Sequence record: PV052266.1
DNA from: Campylobacter phage PT14_12670_16
Strand: one strand, 5' to 3'
DNA length: 24,000 bases
The translations under genes and the position numbers were made by a program. Below are positions 9,084 through 18,527 of this stretch, one piece after another. The notes beneath the pieces were generated by a model that saw only the letters and a program-made list of their open reading frames with translations, was not told where the DNA came from and made no database searches. Each line of letters opens with the position of its first letter. The stretch's first letter is position 1.

Positions 9084-10404
9084 TCATAATCTTTCAAATA
9101 ATTTATTTATATCATCCAACCAAATATCTTTAACATGTTTTTGTGACAACTCATTAAAACTTTTTGTGCAAACCATTCAACTGTTCATTTAAATTGTTTA
9201 TACTTTCTTCACTTAATGAATGTAACGGCATATTTATAAGTGTATCAATATTATGAATTATACCTATATTATTTATTTGTTTGATAATATCTTCTTTTTT
9301 CTTTCTTTCAAATATAACCTTTTTATCCAAAACTGCTTAATGAATTTTATTTTGTTACTAATTAATTCAATTTGCTGTGAATATTTAGATAATTTATATT
9401 GTTTTCTTTTGTATATACTCTAATTTAACATCTATATATTCTTTTAACATCCCAATCTCATCTTTATACCTTTTAATGAAATTGTTTCTATCCGCACAAG
9501 TAAAATTTTCCTATCAGTTGTTTCTATCCCTAATAATTTATGAATATTTTGATTATTCCAAAAATCTCCACTTACATTTATTACATATTCAAAACTGTCA
9601 CCTAGTGAGTAGTCTTTATAATCTTTTATTATTTTTTTCTCTTTTAGTGAGTTAAAATGTATTAACATACTTTCATTAGTCGCATCAGGTGTTTGTTTCT
9701 GTTATTTTTAAATTATAAGTGTCTATTTTTTCATAAACACCTTTAAATTTCCATTGTTTTTTACCATGTTCTGTATTAAGTAATTCAACAGTACCCTTAT
9801 AACCTTTAAAATATGCGGCCAGTGGCTTTGGTTGTTGTTTGTTATCTAAAATGTCTTTAATCGCTTGTTTAACATCTTCAGCACTTCTTTGCATTGTCTT
9901 TTGCCCAAAACCCACACCCATAGCATTATTTTTAATTAATAATATTAATGCTAAAGTCCCTAATCGAAACTTTGGTTCTATTTTTTGCCCCTCAAAATGC
10001 TGATGATCTAAAATCTCTTCATAGTCTTTATTAAATAAAAGATCATAATAATCTGATTTTTTTATAGAAGAATATCTTGGTTGCGCTGATGTTGGTGAAG
10101 TCCTACATCCTATCGCTGATAATGCTTTAAATAATGGTAATGTAACAGGGCCACAATCAAAATCTCTTGCAAAATTTGTAATTATATCAGTTAAAATATC
10201 TTCATTATGCAAATATTGTGATTTAGATGCTGTTTCTGAGCTTTTAATGTTGAAACTTTTTTATAATTCGCCAAGTCTTTACTAAAATAAACTATTTTAC
10301 GGCCTGAAATTTTTGAACCCATCAATTCAGCTTGCTATGCTTCTAATGTTATCATATGAAGCGTATTGACATAAATTATCATTAAATAATGTATTAATAT
10401 TCAT
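9084..10404 (-). CDS. 52: DNA topoisomerase II medium subunit (T4 gp52-like), frameshifted
   Basis: N-terminus 'MNINTLFNDNLCQYASYDNIRSIASLIDGFKKISGRKIVYFSKDLANYKK'. Then 'HNEDILTDIITNFARDFDCGPVTLPLFKALSAIGCRTSPTSAQPRYSSIKKSDYY..' with the catalytic-Tyr context PRY. Then 'GVGFGQKTMQRSAEDVKQAI' and the ORF 9444..9668 continuation. C-terminus 'SEESINNLNEQLNGLHKKF..LSQKHVKDIWLDDINKLFERL'. Total length is close to T4 gp52. Confidence 0.9.
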
Positions 10405-10438
10405 TTCTATCCTTTCATTTTACATATTATATAACATT

Positions 10439-12063
10439 TTAACTTAAAATTTCCTTAACCCAAACACCTTGACCACAGTCCCATATTCTATAATATCCAT
10501 TTTCCACCATATTTTCATACTCTGTCTTATTTGGATCAAATATTTCTAATTTATCTTTTAACAAATGTTTCATAAATTGCTGTCTGCTATAACAGTTATT
10601 ATTCTTAAAATAAAAGTGACCTGGTTTTAGTAGTGACTAAATGTAAATCCTAGCTTTAAATATATACTTCCATCAGAATGTAATCTATCAGAATAACTAA
10701 TAAGACTTCCTTTATTGTGTTTATGAAAATGTTTTAATAACCTAGAAGCACCACCTATAATATTCACACCCATTTTAGTACATAATCTAATTAGTTCCCA
10801 ATCATATTTATTTGTAAATCTTGCTTTTCCAAAAGACATCAAACAAACTAACTCATCTTGCGTAATAAGTCCATAACAGATAGAACTACCAGTGAAGCCT
10901 TGGGGGTGATTGTTTTCTAAGAACTCTTTCTCTTCTGTTTTCCCTACTTCTCTCAAAACACATTTCCTTGCAAATATTCTTTCTGATTTACCTAATTTAT
11001 TATTGATGATGCTAATCCAAATATCTTTCTTTTCATTCCATGATGATTCAAAAATATGAATACGCTGAATATTTTTCTCAGCACATTTTTCTGTTTTAGT
11101 TAGATGATATTTCTTATCTTTATTCATTGATTCGCTATGCCAAAAATCACCATTACATTCTATTGCTAGGTTATATTCTCGCAAATAAATATCTAGTTCT
11201 TTTCCATTTAATATTTCCCAGTTATTAATTCCACCTGTTAATTCCCTAACTTCTTGCTCGAATGTCCTAGAGTTTGAATCGCAAAACGGGCATAAATGAT
11301 GGCCTTTTGAAAAATTACCAAATGTCCTTTTAAATACATGGCCTTGCTGGCATTTTACTTCTAAATTATCCGCTAAGTTATCAGACATAATTATAAACCC
11401 TAGACTGTTTAAATAAGTATTTTTATTTTCTGCTTCACATATAGCGCAGAATTGCTGCCCACTTTTAAAGCTGTTAAATGCTCTTTTAAATATATGTCCT
11501 TTTGGGCATTTTATTTCTAAATCATTAGTTAGATTATTAGATAATATTTCAAAACCCAAATTGTTAATAAAACTATGTTTATTATTTGTTTCGCATATAG
11601 CGCAATTAATGTGGCCATTTTTAAAACTCTTATATGGACGCTTAAAAATATGACCTTTCTCACATTTTACTTCTAAGTTAGTGCCTAAATTATTAGACAC
11701 AATCTCGAAGCCTAACTCTTTTAAGAAATCATATTTTTCTTTTTTCTCACATTCAGGGCGACTTGAAATACCATCTTTAAAACTGCCAAATGTTCTTTTG
11801 AAAATATGCCCCTTTTGACATTTTACTTCTAGCTTTTTTCCTAAATTTTCGGATATCCGTTCAAAACCTAAACTGTTTAAAAAAGTTATTTTTTGTTCTA
11901 TTTCACATGTAGGCCATGCTGTATATCCTTTTTGAAAATCATAAAATTCTCGCTTAAACACATGCTCTTTAGAACATTTTACTACTAAATTAGTAGTTAG
12001 ATTTTCAGATATTACTTGAAAGCCTAGAGTATTTAAATATTCTATTTTTTCCTGATTTGTCAT
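10439..12063 (-). CDS. Modular homing endonuclease: five tandem zinc-finger-like repeats plus a Vsr/EDxHD-type nuclease domain and a conserved C-terminal region (one frameshift near 10627)
   Basis: Five ~42-50 aa repeats of type 'xxxFLNxLGFExxSxNLxxNLEVKCxKGHIFKRxFxxFKxGxxxCxxCE'. Then 'SNSRTFEQEVRELTG..ELDIYLREYNLAIECNGDFWHSE....YHLTKTEKCAEKNIQRIHIFESSW'. After the frame change it continues 'LKPGHFYFKNNNCYSRQQFMKHLLKDKLEIFDPNKTEYENMVENGYYRIWDCGQGVWVKEILS'. Confidence 0.85.
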
Positions 12064-12073
12064 ACTGAAGAAC

Positions 12074-13924
12074 CTATAAGTTTTCAATATTAAATGATTT
12101 TGTACTTAATATTTGTTTTCTAAAATCAATACCATTATCTGACATCCACTGCTCTAGAACTTTTTCATCATTATCTTTCCACTCAATTTTTTCTCAGCAG
12201 TTATCTATACCATCTTTTGCAAATACTATTCTATAATTAGCTGCAGACCAACTTCCTAACCCTTTCATGTATATAACTTCCGCATTTTTAGCTAAATTGT
12301 CTTGCTCTTTTTGATATTCACCTAATGTATAGTACCATTTAATTAATTTATCATTTTGCGATACTGAAATGATCGGTGTTTTTAATCTATACACTCTACC
12401 TTCTGTTAGTAAGTTTGGCTGTAATTTGTAAACTAGTGCTGTAATTAAACATGCGATATGGTTTCCATCCAAATCGGCATAGGTAGCTATTACCATGTTT
12501 TCATATTTTGTTTCAGGTAACCCTAAGCCATAGCTTCTACAATATCCATAACTCTTTCATTTTTTAATAATTGTGCTGTAGAACATTTTAAAGCATTTTG
12601 TAATTTACCTGTTAAAGGTAAGAAACTACTACAATCTCTACCTACTGCTTGTATTAAAGAAGAAAGTGCGCTGTCTGCTTGCGCTATATACATAAATTTA
12701 GGATCTTTATTATGTTTAGTAAATTTAGGATTAAATCTTTCTTTAGCTTCTTTTCTTTCAAAGGTATTTTGTTTTCTATTTTCTAGTTCTTGTTGAACTT
12801 TATATAATTCAATTATTGGATCTTTAATATATGTATTTTTGAATAATAGTTCGGCAAAGTCAATGTATTTTAATGTAGCTATTCCTAATTGGCTTATAGT
12901 ATTCTTAATTTCTTCTTTTGTTTGACCTCCACCAAATCTTAAATTCTTTTTATTTTTAAGAATCAGAATGACACCTATCCTGCTTTTTACCGCTGTATTT
13001 GTGATTTTGGAGTATCCCTTTCTTAAACGATTACCAAAAGCATTTACAATGTTATTTGAAATATAATCTAACGCTACCCCACCTTTATTTAAATCAAGTG
13101 AGTTTACAATATGAACAAACTTATACTCATCAGTAGGAAATATAGCAAGTTCTAAATTTTCATCACTTTGCAATATTGAGAAGTTATCAGAATAATATTT
13201 TATAAATTCTTTAAACTCTTTTACTTTTATTAATTTTCCCTGAAATGTAAATTCTATACCAGCATTTGAATAAGCTATGTTTATAAGTAACGCATGTATA
13301 TGATTTATTAAGTCATCATTAATCTCTTTTAATTCTAGCCTTTCAAAATCTGGTTTAAACTTAATTATAACACCATGTGTTGATGAAGCAGGCGCTTTGT
13401 CTTCTTTATGCTCTATTATAGACATATTGTTTAAACATTTTACAATACCTCTATCCCCTTCAAGAGTAATTGTTGTTAATTGATACTCAGAACTAAATAA
13501 TGCTATTAATTTAGAACCTATACCATGCGCACCTATTGTGATTCTGTCTTTTTTTTCTTTTTCTAAAAAGTTATAGTTGCTTGATGTTCTAAACTTGGTA
13601 GTTGCCATAACATAAGTATCTATTGGTAATCCTCTACCATTGTCTGATATTGTTATTATACCATTGTCTTTATCAATCTTTAATGATATTTTATTAGCGT
13701 ATTTTCCATCAGTTCTAGTAAATTCATAGATTGAATTTTGAATAGCTTCATCTATTTGTTTTGTTTAATGTTTGATTATACACTATTTCTTTATTAACAA
13801 TTTTGTTATTTTCTAAGACTTTAACTGTATTATTAAATGATGTTAATGCACCAGTTATAAGGTGGGGTAAGTTCAGATAGTACTCAACTTCATTTTCCGC
13901 ATGTACAATCTTATTTTCTATCAT
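12074..13924 (-). CDS. 39/60: DNA topoisomerase II large subunit (T4 gp39 and gp60 equivalents in one gene), frameshifted
   Basis: N-terminus 'MIENKIVHAENEVEYYLNLPHLITGALTSFN'. GHKL ATPase motifs 'KQIDEAIQNSIYEFTRTDG', 'DNGIITISDNGRGLPIDTYVMATTKFRTSSNYNF' and 'ITIGAHGIGSK'. Toprim part 'QADSALSSLIQAVGRDCSSFLPLTGKLQNA' and 'GLPETKYENMVIATYADLDGNHIACLI'. C-terminus 'MKGLGSWSAANYRIVFAKDGIDNC*EKIEWKDNDEKVLEQWMSDNGIDFRKQIL'. Confidence 0.92.
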
Positions 13925-14000
13925 TATTTTCCTTTCAACTTTATTAATTGTATTATATCAAACATTAACTTAAAATTATCTTAATTTATATTAATAATAT

Positions 14001-14222
14001 CTAAATTAACCCTATCTTTTTATTGTTTATATTTTTCATATGTGATATGTCATTTTCTTTTAGATAATTTTTAAAATTATTTTTACAAGCAATGTTATAT
14101 TTTTCTCCTTCTATAATATTACTTAAATTACACTGAAGAATATTATCACTTATCAATTTGTTGAATGATTTTTTAGCTAAACCATTATTTTCCCATATTT
14201 TTAAGGCTTCTTTTTTAGTCAA
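14001..14222 (-). CDS. Hypothetical small basic protein
   Basis: Intact 73-aa ORF in the operon direction; start overlaps the stop of the upstream AAA+ gene. Confidence 0.5.
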   Translation of the reverse strand: MTKKEALKIWENNGLAKKSFNKLISDNILQCNLSNIIEGEKYNIACKNNFKNYLKENDISHMKNINNKKIGLI

Positions 14223-15202
14223 TGTTCTTCCCTTTTAATATATCAAATGTTCTACCTGCTCTTAATAATGCACCATCAATTTCATTAATATTTCTATTTG
14301 TTGTAATTATAAATTTTGTTTTGCATGTAATATCATTATTTATACCTTCAGTAAATGATAAAAAGTGTGACATAAATTGATTTCGTTGTGCATCTATACC
14401 ATTTTGAATATCAGATCTACCTAATAGATAATCTAAATCATCAAATAATACTAAATTGTAGCTATTTGCTAATAATTCATTCCAGAACGCATCACCAGCT
14501 AATAAACTCTCATTTTTTACAACTGCAACATTTATACAATTACCATCATCATATGACTTATCAAATACTTTTTCTTCTAATTCAAGATGTTTGTATTTCT
14601 TATAATCCAAATTTAACAAAAAGTTTAAATAACATTCTGCAAGTTTTGTTTTCCCTGTTCCAGGTTGCCATATAATATTAAAATATTGCTATTTGCAAAT
14701 AGAAACTGTATAAACATTTCATTTAAATCTAGAAAAGGTAATAATCATAATCAATATTTTTATAATTATCTTTAGTTTTAGATGAATCTACATATACTAA
14801 TTCCCCTTTTTCTTCATAAAAACTCTTTATTTTGATTAATAATTCATCAGTACCAGTAATATATTTCTTTAAAATATTGTTATAAATTCCTTTTAAAAAA
14901 TCTATACTGTTTGAATACATATCTAACTTAACATATTTGCCTATTTTATAAGTTATTTCAATATATATGTTAGATAACCTAAAAACAAATACACTTTTAT
15001 CACCTTCAAGACCATTCCATTCATAATAAGAAGTTTTCAAAACTGTTTTTATTTCATCTAATAATTCATCTAATTTATCAATTGGCATTTTTATATCTTC
15101 TAACTGTTCATTATAACTATCACATATAAACTTATTTTTTAAAGCAAATCCAGGTTTTGGTGTTCCAAATGAACTATCTGAAATTACATGTTTAATACTC
15201 AT
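14215..15202 (-). CDS. AAA+ family ATPase (frameshifted across the Walker A region)
   Basis: ORF 14729..15202 (MSIKHVISDSSFGTPKPG...YKNIDYDYYLF), bridging frames with 'WQPGTGKTKLAECYLNFLLNLDYKKYKHLELEEKVF', and ORF 14215..14619 with Walker B 'YNLVLFDDLDYLLGR', sensor 'TKFIITTNRNINEIDGALLRAGR' and arginine finger. Confidence 0.82.
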
Positions 15203-15252
15203 ACAATTCTCCTTTTTTAGAGAATTGTATTACTTAATTCCTTAAAAATATC

Positions 15253-15513
15253 TTAGTTATTATAATATTTTAAACTTTCAACTAATACTTCATGAAACAC
15301 ATTTAAATCTTCATATGTAATTCAGCATATTAATTTCTTTTATAAAGTCTTCCAAACTTGTAATTGCTTCAACATCAAACTCAAAATCATGACTATGTTC
15401 AATATTATACTCTTGAATTATTTGTAATGTTTCATTAATAGCTTCTATTTCATGTCCTTTGCAAATTGAGCTAAACCGTTTATAGTTATATCTTTTATTA
15501 ACTGTTTGTCCAT
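15253..15513 (-). CDS. Hypothetical protein (frameshifted)
   Basis: Merged: 'MDKQLIKDITINGLAQFAK..HEIEAINETLQIIQEYNIEHSHDFEFDVEAITSLEDFIKEINMLN..TYEDLNVFHEVLVESLKYYNN'. AGAAGG SD upstream. Confidence 0.45.
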
Positions 15514-15524
15514 TGTATATCCTT

Positions 15525-15560
15525 CTTTCTAATAAATATTTTAAAATATTTATTAGAAAG
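15525..15560. promoter_or_regulatory. Perfect 36-bp palindrome between divergent genes; candidate bidirectional late promoter/RBS element
   Basis: CTTTCTAATAAATATTTT|AAAATATTTATTAGAAAG. Each arm carries an AATAAATA box, and each outer end supplies purine-rich SD sequence for the flanking start codon (minus gene ATG at 15513, plus gene ATG at 15568). Confidence 0.6.
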
Positions 15561-15567
15561 GTTTATA

Positions 15568-15920
15568 ATGACTTTTGTTGAAAAAAATATGGTTAAAGAG
15601 CTTAAAAAAACTATATCATCAAAAAAACCATTAGTTTTATGTTTTATGCCAAAATTATTGCAAAAGAAATACAAAAACTTTTAAAAGCTAATAAATTAAT
15701 AACTGTTATAAAAATTATATTATATGCTTTTGATAAAACACCTGTTAAAGTAAAAAGAGGGGTTTTAGCATATGTTGAAAATGAAAAAAATATTCCATTT
15801 CAGTATAAATATGATAATACAACAAAAACACTAACATTTTCATTAAATAAAAAATCATATTATTTTAATTTATGCACTCCTAATGAATATATTAAAGTCT
15901 TAGCAAATGAAACTAATTGA
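15568..15920 (+). CDS. Hypothetical protein (one frameshift near 15640)
   Basis: 'MTFVEKNMVKELKKTISSKKPLVLCFM' joins ORF 15639..15920 'FYAKIIAKEIQKLLKANKLITVIKIILYAFDKTPVKVKRGVLAYVENEKNIPFQYKYDNTTKTLTFSLNKKSYYFNLCTPNEYIKVLANETN'. Confidence 0.55.
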
Positions 15921-15960
15921 ATGATTTTAAAGAAGAATTTAAATAATGCATTAAAAAATA

Positions 15961-15985
15961 TAAAGTAGCATATATCCTACTTTTA
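15961..15985. terminator. Candidate (possibly bidirectional) terminator hairpin between convergent genes
   Basis: AAAGTAG (15962-15968) and CTACTTT (15977-15983) form a 7-bp stem, flanked by T- and A-rich sequence, exactly between the ends of the plus gene (15920) and the minus gene (15986). Confidence 0.5.
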
Positions 15986-16504
15986 TTAATATTCTACTGT
16001 AACAACATCATTTTTATACACTGACATTCCATTTATAAATGTTATTTTTGTTAAAGTACCATCATGTGTATAATTTGTTGTTGGAATAAGGTTTCCAGTA
16101 ACATATACTTTTGAAGGTTTTAATGAAAGAGAATTATCGGAAACTTCTGTAACTGCAGTATTATAATCACTTGAACTAACTGTTATATTAACAGAAGATG
16201 ATATAGAGGCTCCACTTATTTTTTTCCATTTTGATGGACTTATATCTGGTTGATTCCCTCTATTTCCATCTGATAAAGAAACATATATATAATTGTTATA
16301 TTTTACTATTTGATTTTGTGTATATGTTGTCCCTATATCCCAATTTGATGGATCAGTAATACCAATAATTGAATTTACTTGAGACATAACAGTATCAAGT
16401 TCCCTTTTTAATTGTAAACTAGGTTTCCCTAGAACATCTTCATCTGCAATTTCACCATTTTTAGGGCATAACTTTTCAAATTCTGTATAGTTTGTAATAG
16501 CCAT
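15986..16504 (-). CDS. Putative virion protein with a carbohydrate-binding (CBM5/12-like) module
   Basis: Intact 172-aa ORF. 'SNWDIGTTYTQNQIVKYNNYIYVSLSDGNRGNQPDISPSKWKKI' matches the W-x-x-xxxYxxGxxVxYxGxxYxxxxxxxGxxPxxxxxxWxxx pattern. Beta-rich C-terminus. Confidence 0.6.
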   Translation of the reverse strand: MAITNYTEFEKLCPKNGEIADEDVLGKPSLQLKRELDTVMSQVNSIIGITDPSNWDIGTTYTQNQIVKYNNYIYVSLSDGNRGNQPDISPSKWKKISGASISSSVNITVSSSDYNTAVTEVSDNSLSLKPSKVYVTGNLIPTTNYTHDGTLTKITFINGMSVYKNDVVTVEY

Positions 16505-16536
16505 TTATAAAATCTCCATTTTATTTTTATTTATAT

Positions 16537-17178
16537 TTAATAGCTTATTTGTGGTGGAAAAGGGTCAAACAAAAATGTTACATCAAATGTTGCCAAGCCA
16601 TTACTATTTTGATCAAGTGATAATCCACCATGACTTCTTATCATAGCACATTGTGTATCTATAATAACATGTCCACCATTTTTAAATTCATTATTTTGTA
16701 CAGATTGATTTATGTAATTCCTAGATTCTCTTAATGTTCTTTTCCTTATCTTAATGATCCACATATGATCATCTGAATATTGATCTTTTAAATGAGCAGT
16801 AAGTTTTTTAAAAGCTGAATATAAAAAACCACCATCACTATCTCTAAAAGTTATAGTTAATTGTTGTAATTCGTGTCGTGCTTGGGTATAAACCCAACTA
16901 GAAGCTATCAATTCATTTATTTCAGCAAATGAAATAGGATCTATTGAAACTCTTTGTATCAATATATCCATATTTGGTAAGTCAAGAATATTGATTCTAC
17001 CAGCACCAGGAACTTCATTTTTTAAAGCAAAAGTATCAATGCTATATAAACTTTCTAAATCAAAATTAATACCATATGTTTTTTGTATTTTTTGTGTTAA
17101 TTCAGTTATAGTTGATTGTGTTTTATCACCACCAAAAAAATCTGATATTGCACCAACAGCTGTATTTAATATACGCAT
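16537..17178 (-). CDS. Tail-tube-like structural protein
   Basis: Intact 213-aa ORF. Features resembling the T4 gp19/gp54 tube fold: 'INILDLPNMDILIQRVSIDP', 'LTITFRDSDGGFLYSAFKKLTAHLKDQYS', and C-terminal 'GHVIIDTQCAMIRSHGGLSLDQNSNGLATFDVTFLFDPF'. Confidence 0.6.
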   Translation of the reverse strand: MRILNTAVGAISDFFGGDKTQSTITELTQKIQKTYGINFDLESLYSIDTFALKNEVPGAGRINILDLPNMDILIQRVSIDPISFAEINELIASSWVYTQARHELQQLTITFRDSDGGFLYSAFKKLTAHLKDQYSDDHMWIIKIRKRTLRESRNYINQSVQNNEFKNGGHVIIDTQCAMIRSHGGLSLDQNSNGLATFDVTFLFDPFPPQISY

Positions 17179-17183
17179 AAAAC

Positions 17184-17218
17184 CCTCTCTATAAATATTG
17201 GTAATATTTATAGAGAGG
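17184..17218. promoter_or_regulatory. 35-bp inverted repeat with 16-bp perfect arms and mirrored TATAAATA boxes; candidate divergent T4-type late promoters sharing symmetric SD sequences
   Basis: CCTCTCTATAAATATT-ggt-AATATTTATAGAGAGG. Plus TATAAATA at 17190-17197; minus TATAAATA at 17205-17212. AGAGAGG lies 5-6 nt from ATG on both sides (minus start 17178, plus start 17224). Confidence 0.75.
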
Positions 17219-17223
17219 AAACT

Positions 17224-17879
17224 ATGGAATTAGAAGTTTGGAAAGGAAAACATTCCATTTTATTAAATAAATTATATAATGATAATAATTATGTTTATGA
17301 CAGCGATATTATTGATGTTTTAGTATATAAATGCCTAAACCAAGCTAAATATATTACAAATGATGAGGCTAGATTCATATTTTTTAAAAAATATTTCGCT
17401 GAAGTATGTAGTGAAATAGATTTTAGTTTTAAATGCGCATACTGTAATGAAATGAATAATGTAAAGTTTACTAATGATGATATCTCTATAACCGAATACT
17501 AGTTAGAAGCTATTGAAATAAATGTAGATAATGTTATTGTTACAATTTATTTTAAAAAAGAATTATCACAAGATGACTTTTTAAGTCTTATTACAGAAAC
17601 AAAAAACATGATAGAGGACGTAGAAAAGGTTATTAGAATTATATCATATGATTGATTATATTATTATAAATGGTGAAGAGTTAAGAGGTAATCACACTAT
17701 ATTTGAAAAATATATTAATGAACTGGCATTATCATGTTTTAATAGAGTATTTGATTATTTTAGAGATTCTATAGCCAAAACATAGTATTATTAAAAGTTG
17801 CTCTTGTAAAAATTGTAATAGTGAAATAAATGTTGAATTAAAAGAATTACCTGAATCTGTTAGAAGGAACTTATTTTGA
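17224..17879 (+). CDS. Baseplate-hub assembly (gp26/gp51 position) -like protein with two CxxC motifs; disrupted
   Basis: ORF 17224..17502 contains 'IDDVLVYKC'-type N-terminal helices and 'IDFSFKCAYCNEMNNVKF'. It continues after an in-frame TAG as 'LEAIEINVDNVIVTIYFKKELSQDDFLSLITETKNMIEDVEKVIRIISYD', then in other frames 'IIINGEELRGNHTIFEKYINELALSCFNRVFDYFRDSI' and 'SCSCKNCNSEINVELKELPESVRRNLF'. Confidence 0.5.
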
Positions 17880-18404
17880 TAAAAGATATTATCATTAATA
17901 ATAGGCATTACTGTTTAAATGTATGGAAGATAAAAGATGAAATAGGTATATTACATCAGTTTATTGATTGGATTGAACTACCATTAGAAGATCAAGTGAA
18001 TAAAATAGCTGATATATTGATAGCACAAACAAAAGATTTAGATTATATTTCAAGATTATATATTATGATAATATTATCGTCTTATGCTAATGGTGATTAT
18101 AGTGATATATTACTAACTTGTCCACATTGTGGTAATCTATTGATACAAGAATAAGCATAAGAGAGAATTTAGAATTTATAGGCCAAAAACTGTTGAAGTT
18201 GAAATTAACAATAAAAAATATACTATTTCAAAACAAAATATTGAGCTGTGTAATGAGTTACCATTAAAAGATTATAATTCTATTTTAAATCAATTAAATG
18301 ATGATGGTGATTTAAAATTATGTGTGAAAGTAAAATGTATTATGTGTAATAATGATGTTTTAGCTATAAGAGAATTAAAAGATTTATTTGAAACTATATT
18401 ATAA
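17876..18404 (+). CDS. Second protein of the same architecture (two CxxC motifs), frameshifted near 18155
   Basis: 'MIKDIIINNRHYCLNVWKIKDEIGILHQFIDWIELPLEDQVNKIADILIAQTKDLDYISRLYIMIILSSYANGDYSDILLTCPHCGNLLIQE', then '..IRENLEFIGQKLLKLKLTIKNTISKQNIELCNELPLKDYNSILNQLNDDGDLKLCVKVKCIMCNNDVLAIRELKDLFETIL'. TTG start overlaps the previous stop. Confidence 0.5.
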
Positions 18405-18526
18405 TGCTTGATTTGGAATGGTATTATTCTACACTTAAATATTTTATATCACAATTAGGTTTTAGTAAAACAGATTTTGATAAGGTATATCCTTTTGAAA
18501 TTGAATTATTGATAAACTAGAATAAA
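18404..18526 (+). CDS. Small hypothetical tail-assembly-region protein
   Basis: 'MLDLEWYYSTLKYFISQLGFSKTDFDKVYPFEIELLI(D/N)KLE'; start overlaps the upstream stop (ATAATG). Confidence 0.4.
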
Positions 18527-18527
18527 G

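Noticed and set aside
9215-9240. Additional TATAAATA/TATTTATA octamers (for example inside gp52 near 9228 and near 23210-23217 before gp53)
   Set aside because: At this AT content about a dozen are expected by chance on two strands; without symmetry or mapped starts I do not call them promoters. The one at 23210 is the most plausible, lying ~45 nt upstream of gp53.
14388-14675. Plus-strand ORF 14388..14675
   Set aside because: Antisense to the AAA+ ATPase (Walker B and sensor motifs are on the minus strand).
16991-17194. Plus-strand ORF 16991..17194
   Set aside because: Antisense to the tail-tube-like gene and overlaps the palindromic promoter region.
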